DNA of 64,000 nucleotides, taken from NCBI RefSeq assembly GCF_018350175.1, contig NC_058368.1, positions 24,244,001-24,308,000 on the forward strand, in the 5' to 3' direction. Below, piece after piece: positions 12,328 through 26,640 of this stretch. A program made the position numbers and the translations under genes. This DNA comes from Felis catus. Taxonomy: Eukaryota. The stretch's first letter is position 1. The number at the start of each line of letters is the position of its first letter. The notes beneath the pieces are model-generated. The model was not told where the DNA came from. It did not search any database and worked only from the letters and a program-made list of their open reading frames with translations.

Positions 12328-13850
12328 TAATAGAGTACAACACAAATTACCTTAGTATTTGTTGGATAGTGGAAAACCTTTGGAATAGTTTAACCCACGT
12401 ACCCCTAGATTTCCTATTATTTTTTCCTATTTCCTAATTTCAAGAATCCTTTTAAAACCCCTAGGACTTAAGCGTTCTTCTCCCTACTTCCCATATACTA
12501 ACCATTTCTGTTGCTGTTCATTACTTTGGTCATTTCCATGATTCTGCTGGCCTTCACATTCCTTACTTCTGAGGAATTTCTTTTAGCCTAAGGATGTAGT
12601 TTTCTTTCAGCTTATTATTCTCAACACCTTTATTTTGCTGTCTTTTTTTAAGCAGGATTTTTGCCCAGTCAATAATTCCAAGTTTCTAGTTTTCCAGCAA
12701 CTTCGAAGTGGCATTCTCAAATTCTAGCTTTTAGGATTTTGTTTGATTGTGAGAACTCAGCTGTCTGACTTAGCGGTGTTCCTTAGAAACCACCATATCT
12801 CTTGCTACCCTTTGCTGCTTTGGGATTTTTTCTTTGTATCTTAGCAATTTTACTATGATGGGCGTACATGAGGTTTAACTTTGGTTTTGTCCTGCATGGT
12901 CCTTTTATCTATTCTTGTATTTGTTACTCAATGTCTTTTGTTAATTTAGCAACGCTATTGGCCATTGTCTTTTCAAGTACTGCTTCTGCCACATTCTCTC
13001 CCCCCAGCACATTTCTTGGACTCCAGTTTCATGGATGGTGGACCTTTCATGGTTAGGACTCAACTTTTCTACTTTTCATCTTTAAGTCTTTAGTCTGGGC
13101 AGTTTTACTGCATTTTCTTCTGGATTATTAATCCTCTCTCCAGCTACTTCTAATTTGCTGTTCAACCTACGTATTATAGCCTTAATAGTTCACTGTGTTT
13201 TCAGTTTTGATATTTCCATCAAATTCCTTTTGTATGTATTTAGTTCTCTGGAATAATTCTCCATGTTTTTAACAGTTTTCTTAAATACTGAATGACAGGT
13301 GTCTATATAGCTGAGTTACCTGGGGATTTCTATTTTCTGGGATCTTTTTTCCCTTTGGCTCTTAGTATGCCTGGTAATTTTTTTTTTTTTAATACTGGAC
13401 ACTGAGAAAAATTGTGAATATTCTCTCTTGATAGGGGTTCTTTAGCTTCAGCAGGCAGTTACAATAATCCCCTTAATCCAATCAGGGATTGAGTTTATTT
13501 TAGTCTGACTTCATAAGCACTTATTTTTAGTTTACCCTTATACCTAAGGGTATAGTCCTTCATGACTTCAAATGAAAGCCTCAAGCGTTTTCTATTTGGC
13601 GCAACTCTGACCACCTATCTTCTCAGCACTTTAAGGACTGCTGCTGACTCTTCAGTTACTCAGCCTCTCAGTCTATTCCTCTAACTAACTGGTATATGAC
13701 TACTTGGCAGAAGTGGATAACGTTAATACATTCTTTGTGCTCCCTTCACTCCTGAATCTTAATTCCTGAAATCCTGGCTGCCTTAGTAGCCCTAACTCCA
13801 ATTTTTGATCTCCCTAACTCCTGAGACAAGGCTTTGGGCCTTTAGTTCTG
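11300..13850 (-). mobile_element. Ancient degraded L1M fragments
   Basis: Long T-rich tract with L1M-like phrases (tatagctatgccagttcccttttggtta; ttggccattgtcttttcaagtactgcttctgcc). Confidence 0.6.
11955..12167 (-). mobile_element. CanSINE with TSD
   Basis: Full reverse SINE flanked by tcacatttattcta at 11941 and 12170. Confidence 0.95.
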
Positions 13851-14279
13851 CTTTATTTCAAACTACTATTACCATACCTTTTCCTCATTTGAAATTCTCC
13901 AGTGCATCTTTTCTCCTCTCATTTTTGTCATTGTTCCTTTTATATTTTCACAACTTGTGCTTAACACACCATCTGCCTACCTCTGCCTTTTGAGGAAGAA
14001 ATTCAGCCTATGTTACTGTCACAATTGACAATTTTATTCTTCTATTTCATATGCTTTCCTTTGTAGTAGCTCATTTTCCCTGTTTCTTAGGTTTACTCAA
14101 TTGTACAAGGCCTTCATTTCCTTCACCCCATCCCAGCAGTTTGGATTAGCTGGTTTTTCCATTCCTTTCATTATCCCAAATCATTTCACTGATATTTCTA
14201 TTAATATATCATAAATAATCCTTCTAAGGTTGTTTCATTTCCTCGTTCACCCTGAGGCCAAAATCACAGATTTTTCCAT

Positions 14280-15180
14280 AACTTTAAAAGAACTTAGTAG
14301 TGAAATAGCTTTTTAAGTCAAAAAAATGCACAAACTGTCAATATCCAGACATAACTGACTACCTGAGAAAAAATTTTATGGCTAAAAAATCAATATGAAC
14401 AGTCAAAAGAAAAATTTCTGTGTGTATGAAGAGATCAAGGGTTGACATTTCCAACCTACAGTAAGTACCTACATTTTGAAAAACAAAAAGACAACCCATA
14501 AAAAAACTAGGAAAAATATAAACATGAACAGGAACAAAATGGACGATAAATTCTGGGGAAAAAAGGACAATAAATCGACTGGAAAATGCTTAGCTTCTGT
14601 AATAATCACGGAACTGTAACTTAAAACAATGCATTACCATTGTTCACCTGTCTCAAAGTTAAAATGAGTAGGGCACCACACTAGGTGTTGCCACGTGTAC
14701 TCACATTTGTGTGAATATGAATTGCTCTTGGACAGTCTAGCCAAAGTTATTAGAATTTTACCTACTTCAGATCATCTGTTCTACAAAAAAAACAAAGTAG
14801 ATGTAAGAATCTATGCCTACAATATTAAGAGGTGCAGCAGTCTTGGGAAGTAGCAGAAAAGAAGGTTGGATTATGGTTTGTTGTATTGTTTTTATCCTAA
14901 TTACAGAACATTTTATAGCTCTTAAGAATACAGAGGTGGGGTTATTGGATATTCAACTGGAAAACTGGCCATGGTTCTAAGTGAAAAAAGATTTCAGCAT
15001 GGTGTGGACGATATGAGCCCCTGCTGGTAAAGTAGGAATTTATGGAGATCTATTAGCAAGGAGAATCTGAGGACTTCACATTTGCCAACAAGGTGAAATT
15101 AGGGGGGGAAAAATGGCAGGATTATCGTATTTTCCCTTGTATTCTTCTGTATAGTTTTGTCCCAAATATTGTTATGATGA
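14280..15180 (+). mobile_element. Ancient L1ME-like 3' fragment
   Basis: A-rich, with degraded L1 phrases (aaaatgcttagcttctgtaataatcacggaactgtaacttaaaacaatg). Confidence 0.5.
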
Positions 15181-17570
15181 TCAAGAATGAAACATTTCCA
15201 TCTGTGGCATGGGAGGGGCTTCATGGAGACGGTGGCAGACCTTCCAAGCTGGCTCGAATCTAGCATACGGCAAACCTTGGGAACCACAGCCTAGATAGCT
15301 CATTTTCTCCTGCACTTGGTGTTGCTGAGATTTGCTGCTGCCTCCCCTACTTACTGCTACCAGCTTGGTCATTTTGCCCTTGCCAAGGCTTTCATCCAAT
15401 TCTGAGGCAAATGAACGTAATTACAAATCAATTGCACTTTCTATTCGTGAGCTTCTTTGAGTCAAGAATTGATGACAGAAAAGATTGAGGCATTAGATTA
15501 AGAATGATCCCAGGGTTCTTTGGATTTCATCATCCCTTCATAAACCCAATTCCCATGATCAGAGGCAACCATGACTTCGCTACAACGTATAAAATAAGCA
15601 AACCCTTTCCCCTCAATGATTGCCTTGCTTATGTCATGTAACAAGAGAAAATACTTTATTCCCCAACTGTCTTTAACAAGTCTAAGTATAGATTAGATGG
15701 AAAAAGTGAAATAGACTCTCTTTCACAGTCATTCACGTGACAGGCAAAGACACCTATGTAAATTTTTTCTTGCATTTCAGAAATCTATTTGCAGCTCATG
15801 GAATCATTTTTTAGTATCAGGGGTCCAAAAAGAAAGATTTTTTGCCTCCCTCCTCAAGGCTATGCCTGACTATGTATTCTCTACATTACTACTTTTATAG
15901 TAGGAGAAAGGCCAGCTGTGTCACATGTATTCAGAACCTGTGTTTTCACAAACTGACAGCAGGCAGAAATCCTCAAATTATATGCCTTGGCCACTAGGTA
16001 CAACCTCTTGCCTTCGAGCAAGTCAAAAATTTACCTTCTTAGTGCAGATTGATAAAGAAACTGAGGGACAGTGGAAGGATCTCGGTGTAGCCTTAATATT
16101 TTGTATAGGACTTTGAGTATCTTTAGACAATTTTCTATCTTGTTTGGTATGGTCAGTCGGTCACAGATCTGGGTTATAAGGTAAAAGCCTGGAGTATCGC
16201 TATCTAACTGTCGCTCCTAATCTCTGTGACAGAACAAGTTTTTACTAACCTCTCTGTACCTTAGGTTTCCCAAGCACGATGACAGTAATAGTACCTATGT
16301 CCTGACATTTAGGGATTGAGTCAATATAGTGTTTGTGTCTTAAGTGTTACAACATGTAAACCTTTCTGTAAGGTTCTTGGGTTTTTTTCCTAACAAGTTA
16401 TCGGGATTAGCATTTTGTCTCTTTTCAGGATTGATCTATGTATTCCCAGTACATTACTACTGGTCACTTGACATTGGTGGTTTTTACCACAGGGATTTTT
16501 GTTTTTGGGTATGTTCTTTTCTTCTTTAGGTCTTCTGAATTTTGAGTTACTAAAATTGCCTAAGTTATTAACAATATAAAATCAATAAAAGTAATGGAAG
16601 ATTAAGTCTTTGAGCCATTTACAGAATTTAACCTGCAATTTTATTCTTTCTACATTCCTACTTATGCCTTTTTTCCCCCTGATTTTACATGCCACTTTAT
16701 CATAATCTGAGTTCCCATATATGTATTTGGGTTTATTTCTGGACTTGTTTTGTTCACCTGTTTATTCTTTTACCCAAGGTGTATTTTGGATTAAGAATAA
16801 ATAGCATTTATTATCTTATATCAACTCCCTCATTCTTTCAGACTTACCATGACCATTTTCACTTGCTTTGAGTTTTAGAAATCACACCTAGCTCCAGGGG
16901 GGAAAAAAATAGTTTTATTGAAATTGCATTTAGCTTAATCAACTTTCTAGAACTTTTGGGTGGTATAGTGTATCTTTTGGGTCTTTTCTACTTTTCTGTG
17001 TTTTTGTAAGCAGACTCCAATTCAATATGGAATGAACTGAACGTATAGAAACAAATATAACTATCTAAAATTCTAGCATTTGGCATTTTAAAAAGCCATA
17101 TGCACATAGGTCCAAGAGAAACAATAGTGAACTAAGCTTCATTTTTCTATCAGATCCTATCTTCTGGGGGAAAAAAAAAAACTTACAAAATACAAACTGA
17201 ATTAACTGAATCAAATGAGCTCAACACCAGTGTTCTGCTGGCCTTTATGCTGGGGCCAATTCCCAGCTCCACTGCCTGAAACCAAGTATCTAAGGAGTCT
17301 GCCTGGGTTTCTCTCCTCTGGGACCTGACAGGTTTATGCCCAACTCCCTTACTGCCAGGAGTCAGCCCAGGAAGTGGGGTCCAGAGACTCAAGCAACCAG
17401 GACAGGAAGCCAATGGGTCACCTGCTCTGTCTCCCACTGCTGGGAGATCACAATGTAGGCTAGCACCTACCAGGACACAAAGGCAAACCTGACGAACTAA
17501 TCTACATCTTCCTTCCCATTGGTTTCTGTAGTCATTTCATCTCCTGGGTGAAGTGAAACTGCCCCCCCCC

Positions 17571-17604
<34 letters not shown>

Positions 17605-18277
17605 CTCTGCCATCCTGCATTGTCTTAATCCAGGAGCTCTGGGCACCACCTCAGCCTGCAGGTGAGTGGGCCAGTGTCCACGAACAGGGATGCTCACAGC
17701 CACACACAGATGGCTGTCCTTCCCAAGAGGAGCACAGTGCCAGACAAGCTGCCAAGTGGCCAGCCCCCGCAGGGCCTCTACCCACTCAACCCACCTTCTC
17801 CTATCCCTTGAGTTCCACAGTCCTTTCCTTTTCTGCCCACAGGTGCAGAATTTAGGGACCTCTTCTCTGCTGACCAGCACTTCTCATACTTAGGAACACC
17901 ACAGAAAGGCTAGGCTTTTGGAGGACATGTCCTTGATTGTCCTTCCAGGATGCTCGCCCATGGATAGGAAGCCATTTAATGGTCCACGCAGCTCAAAACC
18001 TGCCAGACTAACAGCTGACTTCTTTCTGCATGGCAGACTCAGCCATAGCTATGGGACAATATGCTCAATAAAATGACACTTAGCATATACTCTCCAGGGT
18101 TACTGGAAACTGGTGAGAACATTAACAACTGATTTGGGTGGTAAAGAAGAAGGGCTTATACTTTGTCTGTCTGCTGCTGTGGCCTGCTTATGGACTTTTT
18201 TGCTCTTTTTATCACTCCCTCAAGGAAAATGAGGAAGGAAAGGAGGGACAGGGCTCGGACTTTTGTTGCCTCTGACC

Positions 18278-18457
18278 ATTTTTTAAGTTTTACTTAAAGA
18301 GCGTGTACACGTGAGGTGCGGGTGACCTAGAGCAGGGGGGGAAGATCCCAAGCATGGAGGCCGACATGGGACTTGATCCCGTAAACTGTGACATCATGAC
18401 CTGGGCTGAAATTAAGAGCCGCTCTGCCTTGGGTGACTGAGTCACCCAAGCACCCCA
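18278..18457 (-). mobile_element. Degenerate CanSINE
   Basis: atcatgacctgggctgaaattaagag...gactgagtcacccaagcacccc. Confidence 0.8.
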
Positions 18458-21400
18458 CTTCTGGCCATTTAAAGCAGAGGACTAGCATCCATATACTGCC
18501 CCTCCATGCCCATGGGCTGTGTCAGGAAACTTCAGGTATGGAGGCTTTTACTTTTTCCACATCTAACCATTCCTTCTGGGGTAGACGGTAGGAACCCTCC
18601 AGTCAGAGACTATGGTAGATCATCTGATTGATAGGTTATCACCAGCACCCTTCATGTCCTAGTACCTGCTTCTTCGTTGGCCCAACAAAACTCCAACCCT
18701 GGATCACTCAGACCACCAGCCCTCACTGTTGCTGCACCCACGTAACCAAGAGCTTTTGGAGAAAGTAGCCCACTGAATTTCATGGCACCATAGATCCCTG
18801 GTTTCCAACTTTGCCTGGACCCTCACTCTGGTCAGTGCTTTGGTTTGTCCCTAGTGGATCTTTCAAGTCTTTTCCTATTTAAGTTTTCTCAACCTCAGAC
18901 ATTCATTGTCCATATAGATAACCTTATCCCATTCTCCTCTAAGAAAAGGCCATCAAGCCCAATTCCCCCTTTCCCTACTTCTACTTCCCATTTCCAATTT
19001 CCAAATAGGCATTCTAGGACCATCCATGTTCTTCTGTACTTTGTCTCTACTTCCTGTCCTTCCCCAAAGTGTCTTCAACTCCTCCCCATCCTGATTTAGC
19101 TCCTTAACAATTCCACCCTTGCTTGTTCCATCTTGTCACATTGTTCACCCTCAAAGCACCATCCAGCTTTGGCCGCCCTCCTTTTCATTGTTCCCAAGGT
19201 CACCAAAGCCTTTCTCATTTCCTGTATCTGGAAGGCTTTAATAATATACTCAAGTAATATGTAAATACCTTCTCAATGTGAAAGTCAAGCAGTTCGGACT
19301 ACAGAGAACACAAAGTCGCTTTCATCTCTTCTGCCTTTCCTGACCAGAACCCACTGGGGTAACCTTGAACCTCACCTTACCATTCAACGTGGAGCACAGG
19401 CACGAGAGGAGCAAGTGAGTAGTACCGAGCAAAGATCCCTCAGATTTAAGCCCTTTGACAATGCCCCCTCAGTCCCCTTTCATCTGTCTCTCCTTGGACT
19501 CTGCACTTCAAGCTGTTCCTTCTAAACCCTGCTGGCCTTCGCTGCAGTTGCTCTGGTTTGGCTCTTTCTTCAAGTTCTGCATTTTCTAAACCAGATCCCA
19601 TCTGCTGTCCTCCATCATTTGTGAATTACTAATGAGTGTACATTCTTTACGTGGGTTATTCCAGTTAATTTTGACCTGTGCGTTTTGTTTTTTGATCAAA
19701 GGAATTTTAGGGTTGTCTACACAACCCTGGTTCAAAGAGATTTCTCATTCCTTGTCTATTCTTTTATGTATTTAATTCAGATTAATCTCTTCTTCAAAAA
19801 ATTCCTCTGTTCCTTTACTACCTCCCAGAAGAATCACTGTGAAGGTTTATATGAGGAATCGTATTTACAGGCTACACTCAGAGAGTTAAGACATGACCAA
19901 TTCCCACCACATTTAAGGATACCACTTAGTTAACACATTTGGTATAGGAACTTTGGAAACCACCCAGGATATAGGAACCCAAGATCTGATTACTCAGGGA
20001 TCCTTTTTGCTTCCAATACAGCAGTTACCCCATGTAGTTTTTTGTTTGTTTTTGTTGTTTTTCTAATTTTAATTAAAATTTCATTTCATCCAATGAAAGA
20101 TACTCCACCCTGTCTGGGAGAAAGTTGATGCTCATTGGTTGTCTTATTTGGCCCAGTGGTTATTGTGTCTGCCTTACGCACTGGCTAATGAACCCCTCAT
20201 AAATGCCCATGTTGTACTATAAACCATGTACCTGTGGTTTCTCTACTCAGAGGGAAAGGAGAGGGTCCTCTTACATTTCCCAACTACCTAAGTTCCCAGC
20301 ACCTTCCTTTACATTCCAACCAGCATTCTATTGTGGCTCCCATCACTATTCAGGCATCACCATTCTTAGATGTATATTGAGGCATTACCTTTTGGATGCC
20401 ATGATGAAAAGTCACCAAGTCTGCCCTATCATTCTGGCTTAACACACATGCTCCCCCGACGTATGCCTGAAGACATTATTTCTTTTGATTGGTCTCCTAA
20501 AGCCACCTATCAAGGAATCAAACACCTAGGAGACAAAGGCAGAGTGTATTTAGCCATATAGAGGAGCTCAATCATGTTGTTTCAACTAAGTAAATCAACT
20601 AGAAAAGGATGGAGGAAGACCTGGAAGAATGGATAGGGAAGCAAAGGGAGGGAAAGCAATAGGGTTTCTTCAGAGGCCCTTATAGTTTTTCCCTGATACC
20701 AAGTCATATTTAAAGTAATAGGTCCCCTATGCCAGCTGTTTTACATACAGGACCTCAGTTAGCCAAGCGTAGCTTTTTTCAGTATTCAGATGTAAGGTCT
20801 GTTACCATAGAAACAGGTTTGGCAAAGACACGTCAAAGCAGCAGCAGAGACCTACCATAAGCATTACACTAACTTCAGGCAAATGTTAAAAGTCACACTT
20901 TGGTCTCTTCTATAACTTGGTGCTTTAAACTCAGCAGGAGAGCTTTATTAAGTCAAGCAAAAAAATCGTTATTAATGAGGTTTCATTTTTGACTTAGATT
21001 TCTCGTAAAATTGACAGCAGTCACACAACAGTGTGACTTGGTAATGTTCCTCTAGGGAATGGAAAACTTTCAGATTCTGGGTATGGTGTTCAGAACCGCC
21101 CCCCACCCAGCCCTTTTCTCCGTGAACTGTCATAGCCACCACTTGCTCATCTGCATATTTTGAGGTATTTTATGGTTTAGCTAAACACTTGGATTGTTAG
21201 AGAAAACTGAAAGACTCAAAGAAGATGACTGAATTGTGAAAGTGAAATGTTTCTCTAAGCATCCCTAGTAGCCATTCTCAGACCAGTTTCTGAAACCATG
21301 TGCAACAAAATTGACAACCCATAACTGAAGACCATTTCCACCCTTGGAGGAGAACTTCCTTTGTGTCTGAAGGATGACTTTTCTGTAACAATGGAAGTAC

Positions 21401-24400
21401 CTTAAAATTACTGTAAAATGCACGTGCTTGGGGCCCATTCCCAGATTGTCTGGTTCAATAGGAACAGAGAAGCCCAGGAATTGGTATACCTCAAGAAGCA
21501 CTGCCTGGACTATCAGTTTGGCATTTGAATTTTTTTTTAATGTATATTTTCATGTATCATACTACATGTATTAAGATTTCAGATTGTACGTATTTGTCAA
21601 GAACCAGGTCAGCATTTCCACTGGTACACAGCTGTTCAACCATGAAGAACATACTAGGCTTTTAACAAGGGGGGGGAGGGGTAGGGTCAGGTCTTACTGG
21701 TCTGTGTTCTTTACTAATAACAGTAGATAGTCACTAATTTCTTGCAAAACTGACCAATAACGAGCCAATCCCGATTTCCTCAGTTTTCCTTTCAAATCTG
21801 TCAAGGTAATAAAGTACTTTCTCACATCTAAAGGAAGATTATGATATTTTACAGATATCATGACCCATCAGTAATATTACCAGAATTTAAGAGGTAAAAT
21901 ACAATTAAGACCTAATTTCCCTGGAGCTCTTTTGAAAGGGTTTAGAAAATTTTACATCTTACATGGGATTTGTCTAGAATTAAATTACATTTTGATGATC
22001 CTAACTTTCTAATTCCACTTTCTACTCTTGGGTCTCAAGACCTAGAATGGTCAGCAAGCCTCTGAACAAAGATGCTTTTGTTCCTGTAGCAAAGAATTCT
22101 AATTCTAGATCTGCATTCAACCTTCAGAATCATGCTCAGAACAAGTTGTGTGTCAAAATATGTCAGAGCACTGAAACCACTTACTGGCCTGCCCAGACAG
22201 TGTTACCTCCAACTATCTGTTCCCCTATTTGGAAAGTGTGTCAGCTCTTCATAATTATTTTGAAATGGGGATGGCTCTTGGGTGACTAATTTACAGACCC
22301 TATTGAAAGAGTAATGCTAAATAGCCTAGCTTCAGAATGATTTGCTTTTCTTTTTCCATAAAGATTGAAGGCAGAGAAGACATCGCTTATTTAGCAACCC
22401 AATCAGTGGCTCAGCAGCGCAAAAGAGGATATAAACAGAATTAGAGCAGGTGAGGAGTAACGAATCTAAAGGGGTTTTTTGTTTTGGTTAGCCCAGATCC
22501 AGTTTCAAGCAGAACTCAGTAGAGAGCAATCATAAAAGATAGGGTCTTACGATTGATATCCCTTGGTTTGTCAGGTCAAAATTGACTGGTGTAGGGGCTC
22601 TTGACAGATTTTTCCCAAGGATAAAGTAAGAAGTCAGAATCAGATTGCTTTCAGAGTTCTTTAGGAAGATTGTTCCACATTAATACATGCTAGAAGCTTA
22701 AGGTCCAATTACTCTAAGTTGAAATAATTCTCACCACGTCAAAGACGCCTAAAAGTTAAAAAGAAGGAGAGTAGGGATGATGGGTGTGGCTCATAGCAAG
22801 AAGTTCAACATTTTAGAGCGGCCTTGCAGCACCAAGCCCCTCTGTCCATGGTACACTGACATTCAGAGTTGAGCACCAACCAGGTAGGAAGCTTCACCGG
22901 CAGGATGAGCTGGGTATGGAGACCCAGGAGACCTAGGCTACCATCCACCTTTCATCAGCATGTGGGCTGTGTCCATGTACTCGCGAAGTGCCAAGTTTGG
23001 ACTACAGTCCTAAAGTCTGTAAAATTGAACCCTGAAGTCTTGGTATCAAAGGAGAATATTTAGGGAGAGCCCAAGTAAAGCTTAATTAAAATTTATTATC
23101 TCTAAACCACCAGTTTGGCTGTTCTTCACATTTTAGCTCAAATTAGATAGAATTCACCAGATTAAAATCGAGTATAACTGATATAGCTCTAAAATATGGC
23201 TCAAAACTGCAATAGGTAATTAACAGGTCATTATTAATATACACAAGGTTTTGAGCCAGGCAATAGGTTTCCTCTTTAAAGAAAAAAAAAAGTTGAAAAC
23301 AGTTGCAGTTTTAATCCTAGAACTATTTTCATCAGTCTCCCACGTAGAAAGTATTTTAGCAAAGATAATACCCTTCATGTGATTCTATATCCTAATACTT
23401 TCATAACGTTGTTTTGATGTTTTTCTATTTTTCCATTACAGGCTCTGTTACAGGGTTTTAACAGAGACAAGTTATTCCCTCATGTTGGTAACGCATACTG
23501 TGTTAGCAATCTCCCCGTGGTTTCTACTTTTGACCAACAGTAGTATATTCAGGACATTCATTTGGCACTTAATAGCATTTACTATATTCTGTCCTTATGG
23601 TTGTCTACTTTTTAGTTTAGTATTCAGTTTCACTTGCCCATATTTCCTTCAGGTGCATTTACTCTTGTCCAAATGATTTCTTCACTCTTTTCCTGTTTAA
23701 GCAAATCTGACCAAGGTTTTTTTTTGTTGTTTTCATTTTTTTAAGGTCACAAAGGCATGTACTTTTCGAAACCAAGTTTTAACATCCAAGGTGCCATTTC
23801 ACTATTAAGCATCTAATCTCACAGTTTCACCTTCAGAATCTTGTGCAACCATCACAGCTTTCCATTTCCAAGCTTCCATGCCAAGCAGAAGCTGACCATT
23901 AAGCAATTATTCCACATTCCCTCCTACCCTAGCCCCTAACTGCTAACCTACTTGGTCTCTCTGAATCAGTCTCTTCATTTCATAGAAGAGGAAATAGATT
24001 CGTCCTTTTGAGCCTAGCTTACCTCACTTAGGTTTTCAAGGTTCATTACGCTATGTATCTAGAAACTATATTCCTCCTTCTAGCTCAGTAGCCTATTGTA
24101 GGTACATTTTTTGTTGATTTATCTGGTGGCGGACACCTAGGTTATTTTCACCTTTTGCCTATTGTGCCAACTGCTGTAATGGACTTTGGCATTCAAGGTT
24201 CTGTCGGAGTCACATTCTCAATTCTTTTGTGTATTTACCAAGGAGTAGAATTGCAGGTATTCTAGGTTTACCTTTTTGAAGAATTGCTACACTGTCTTCT
24301 ACAGCATTACATTTCCATCAGCAACATGTAAGGGTCCCAGTTTCCCCGTATCAAAGTTACCTTGTTTTTTATTGTAGCCATACTAGTAAGGGTGAAGTGG

Positions 24401-24504
24401 TATTTCATTGTGGCTTTGAAGTTTATTTCCCTAACGACCGATGTTTTTTCATGTGTTTGTTGACTTTTGTGTGTCTTTGACGAACTGTACAGTCCTCTGC
24501 CCAT

Positions 24505-24703
24505 TTTTTAACGGTTTAATGTTTATTTTTCAGAGAGAGAGCAAGCACACATGAGCAGGGGAGGGGCAGACAGACACAGAATCCGAAGCAGGCTCTAGCC
24601 TCTGAGCTGTCAGCTCGGAGCCCAACATGGGGTTCAAACCCACGAACCACAACCTCAACAACCTAAGTTGGACACTTAACCAGCTGAACCACCCAGGCAC
24701 CCC
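24505..24703 (-). mobile_element. CanSINE
   Basis: cacagaatccgaagcaggctc...ctgaaccacccaggcacccc. Confidence 0.92.
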
Positions 24704-24732
24704 AACTCTTCCCCTTTAATTGGGATGTTTAG

Positions 24733-24942
24733 TGGTATCTGAGTGGCTCAGTCAGTTAAGTGTCCAACTTCAGCTCAGGTCATGATCTCACGGTTCGTGG
24801 GTTCAAGCCCCACATCAGGCTCTGTGTTGAACACTTGCTCAGAGCCTGGAGCCTACTTCAGATTCTTTGTCTCTTCTCTCTGCCCCTCTGCCGCTCATGC
24901 TCTCTGCCTCTCAAAAATAAGTCAATGTAATAAAAAAATTTA
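24733..24942 (+). mobile_element. CanSINE with TSD
   Basis: gtggctcagtcagttaagtgtccaacttcagctcaggtcatgatctc; TSD ttaattgggatg(t/c)tta on both sides. Confidence 0.93.
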
Positions 24943-26249
24943 ATTGGGATGCTTATCCTTTGATTTCTAGGAATTCTTTACGTATTTTGGACATAAGCCT
25001 TTCAGGCAACACTTGCAAATATTTTCCCTTATAGGTTGTCCTTTTGACAATCAAAATTACACTTGTGCATGGAAGGACATTAAGTCCAATTTACCTTTTT
25101 CTTCTGTTGCTTGTCCTTTTAGTGTCCTGGTTTAATCACTTTTTATTCCTTTCATCTAGTTTCCTTCCTCCCTTCATGTTCCCTAAGGTTTATCACAAGC
25201 TATACTATTGTTATATAGTCAATCAATTATCAAGGTTTAAATAGATTTGCAAAAAGTTGTTTCCTCTCATTTAAGTGTCGAAATCGTGTGTGGCACTGTT
25301 AATAGAAGTGAACCCTTCCATTTTCAGACATGGCAATATGTCAGCACTTGGCAAGTGTTGATGTTGTTTACAGAGCACTTTTGGATGCTTCAAGGATAAA
25401 GAGCCACCCTAGATTTCTTTGGGGAAGTACCTCATGATAGATCATGAAAATAAGGTGTAGACAATGAAATACCCATGCAGTCAAATATAGAGAAATTAAG
25501 ATATTCTACACCTGTGTGAAAACACTCTCAAAAGAACTAGGTATAATTACACATTTGATGGTGCTAACTCCTTCATTTAAGAGATAAAAAGAATCGAGCA
25601 ATATTTTAGTCAAGTGTTAGGTAGTCTAATTCCTTCAGTCGGAGTTTGCTCTTCCTCATATGGTTGATTCTTCCAATACATGATCTTCTGAATAGTTACT
25701 TGTTCTTGGCTTCACCCTCCAAGACCTTATAGGAAGGTTAAATCTCAATACCAAGCTGTCAGAGCTTTGCCATCTAGTTCATCTACAGATTGCATTTCCA
25801 GCCACACAGCAGCCTTCGGTGATTCCATTCGGCTGGACTCTGACCCAGCTCTGGCAGCTTTGCACATCCAAGGATGCTGAGCTTTCAGATGATGCAAAGG
25901 TTATGTGCTTCCTGAAGCCTGACCTCTCGAGGGAGAGGACATCCGCATGGCTTTAGAGATGGGAAGGAAACATTTTAAAATGGGAACGATTTCCACTGAT
26001 CAGCTTTTAAATTCACAATTTATATCATCTAGGTTTCTAATTGCCTAAGGAAACAAGCTACCTAAGAATTGACCATCTCTCTGCAATACTGAGACAATTA
26101 ATGAAATATCCTCTTTATATTCTACTTTATGATCTGGTTATTTTGTACCTCGGGACAAATGAGGTGTAGATTCTTCTGTAACTTCAAGTTTATTATTTCT
26201 TAAATTTAACTATTCTGTTCTAGCAAAATCTAATTAATTCAAATAATAG

Positions 26250-26640
26250 ATGTGAAGAATTAATGTGGATCTTAGGCTTACCTCTACGTGCAAAGCTAAC
26301 AAATTAGCTTGCCAGTTTTATAGATGCTGGCAGAGGATATTAAACTCTTGGGTCAGAGATTCCTCGCATAGAGTATCAGAATATTCTTATACCTGTTGCC
26401 CGAGCCCTAGTTCCCACAGTGTGCCACCCAGAGAGCCATCTCACAACCACACAGTGTACTGCATTACAGGAAATGAAACTGAGCTTAAACCCAAATCATT
26501 CCTCGTGAGCAGTAAGCAACCAGCCCCTTGCTCCACATGAAGAGGTTAGCTCTGTCATCCAAGGCTGTTCACTTTTCAGACAGCCTTGAAGAGATGCTCT
26601 GGAGGAATGACAACTCCGAATTCTGTGAAGAATGGTCTCC
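26250..26640. mobile_element. Old ERVL-type solo LTR remnant (family uncertain)
   Basis: tgcaaagctaacaaattagcttgccagttt...gatgctggcagagg...cttgggtcagaga resembles recalled MER-class LTR consensus. Confidence 0.45.

Larger units (their letters stand above)
23790..25110 (-). mobile_element. L1MA/MB-type 3' fragment interrupted by two CanSINEs
   Basis: ttttcaaggttcat..., aggagtagaattgc..., gccatactagtaagggtgaagtggtatttcattgtggcttt, ttgcaaatattttccc. Confidence 0.8.
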
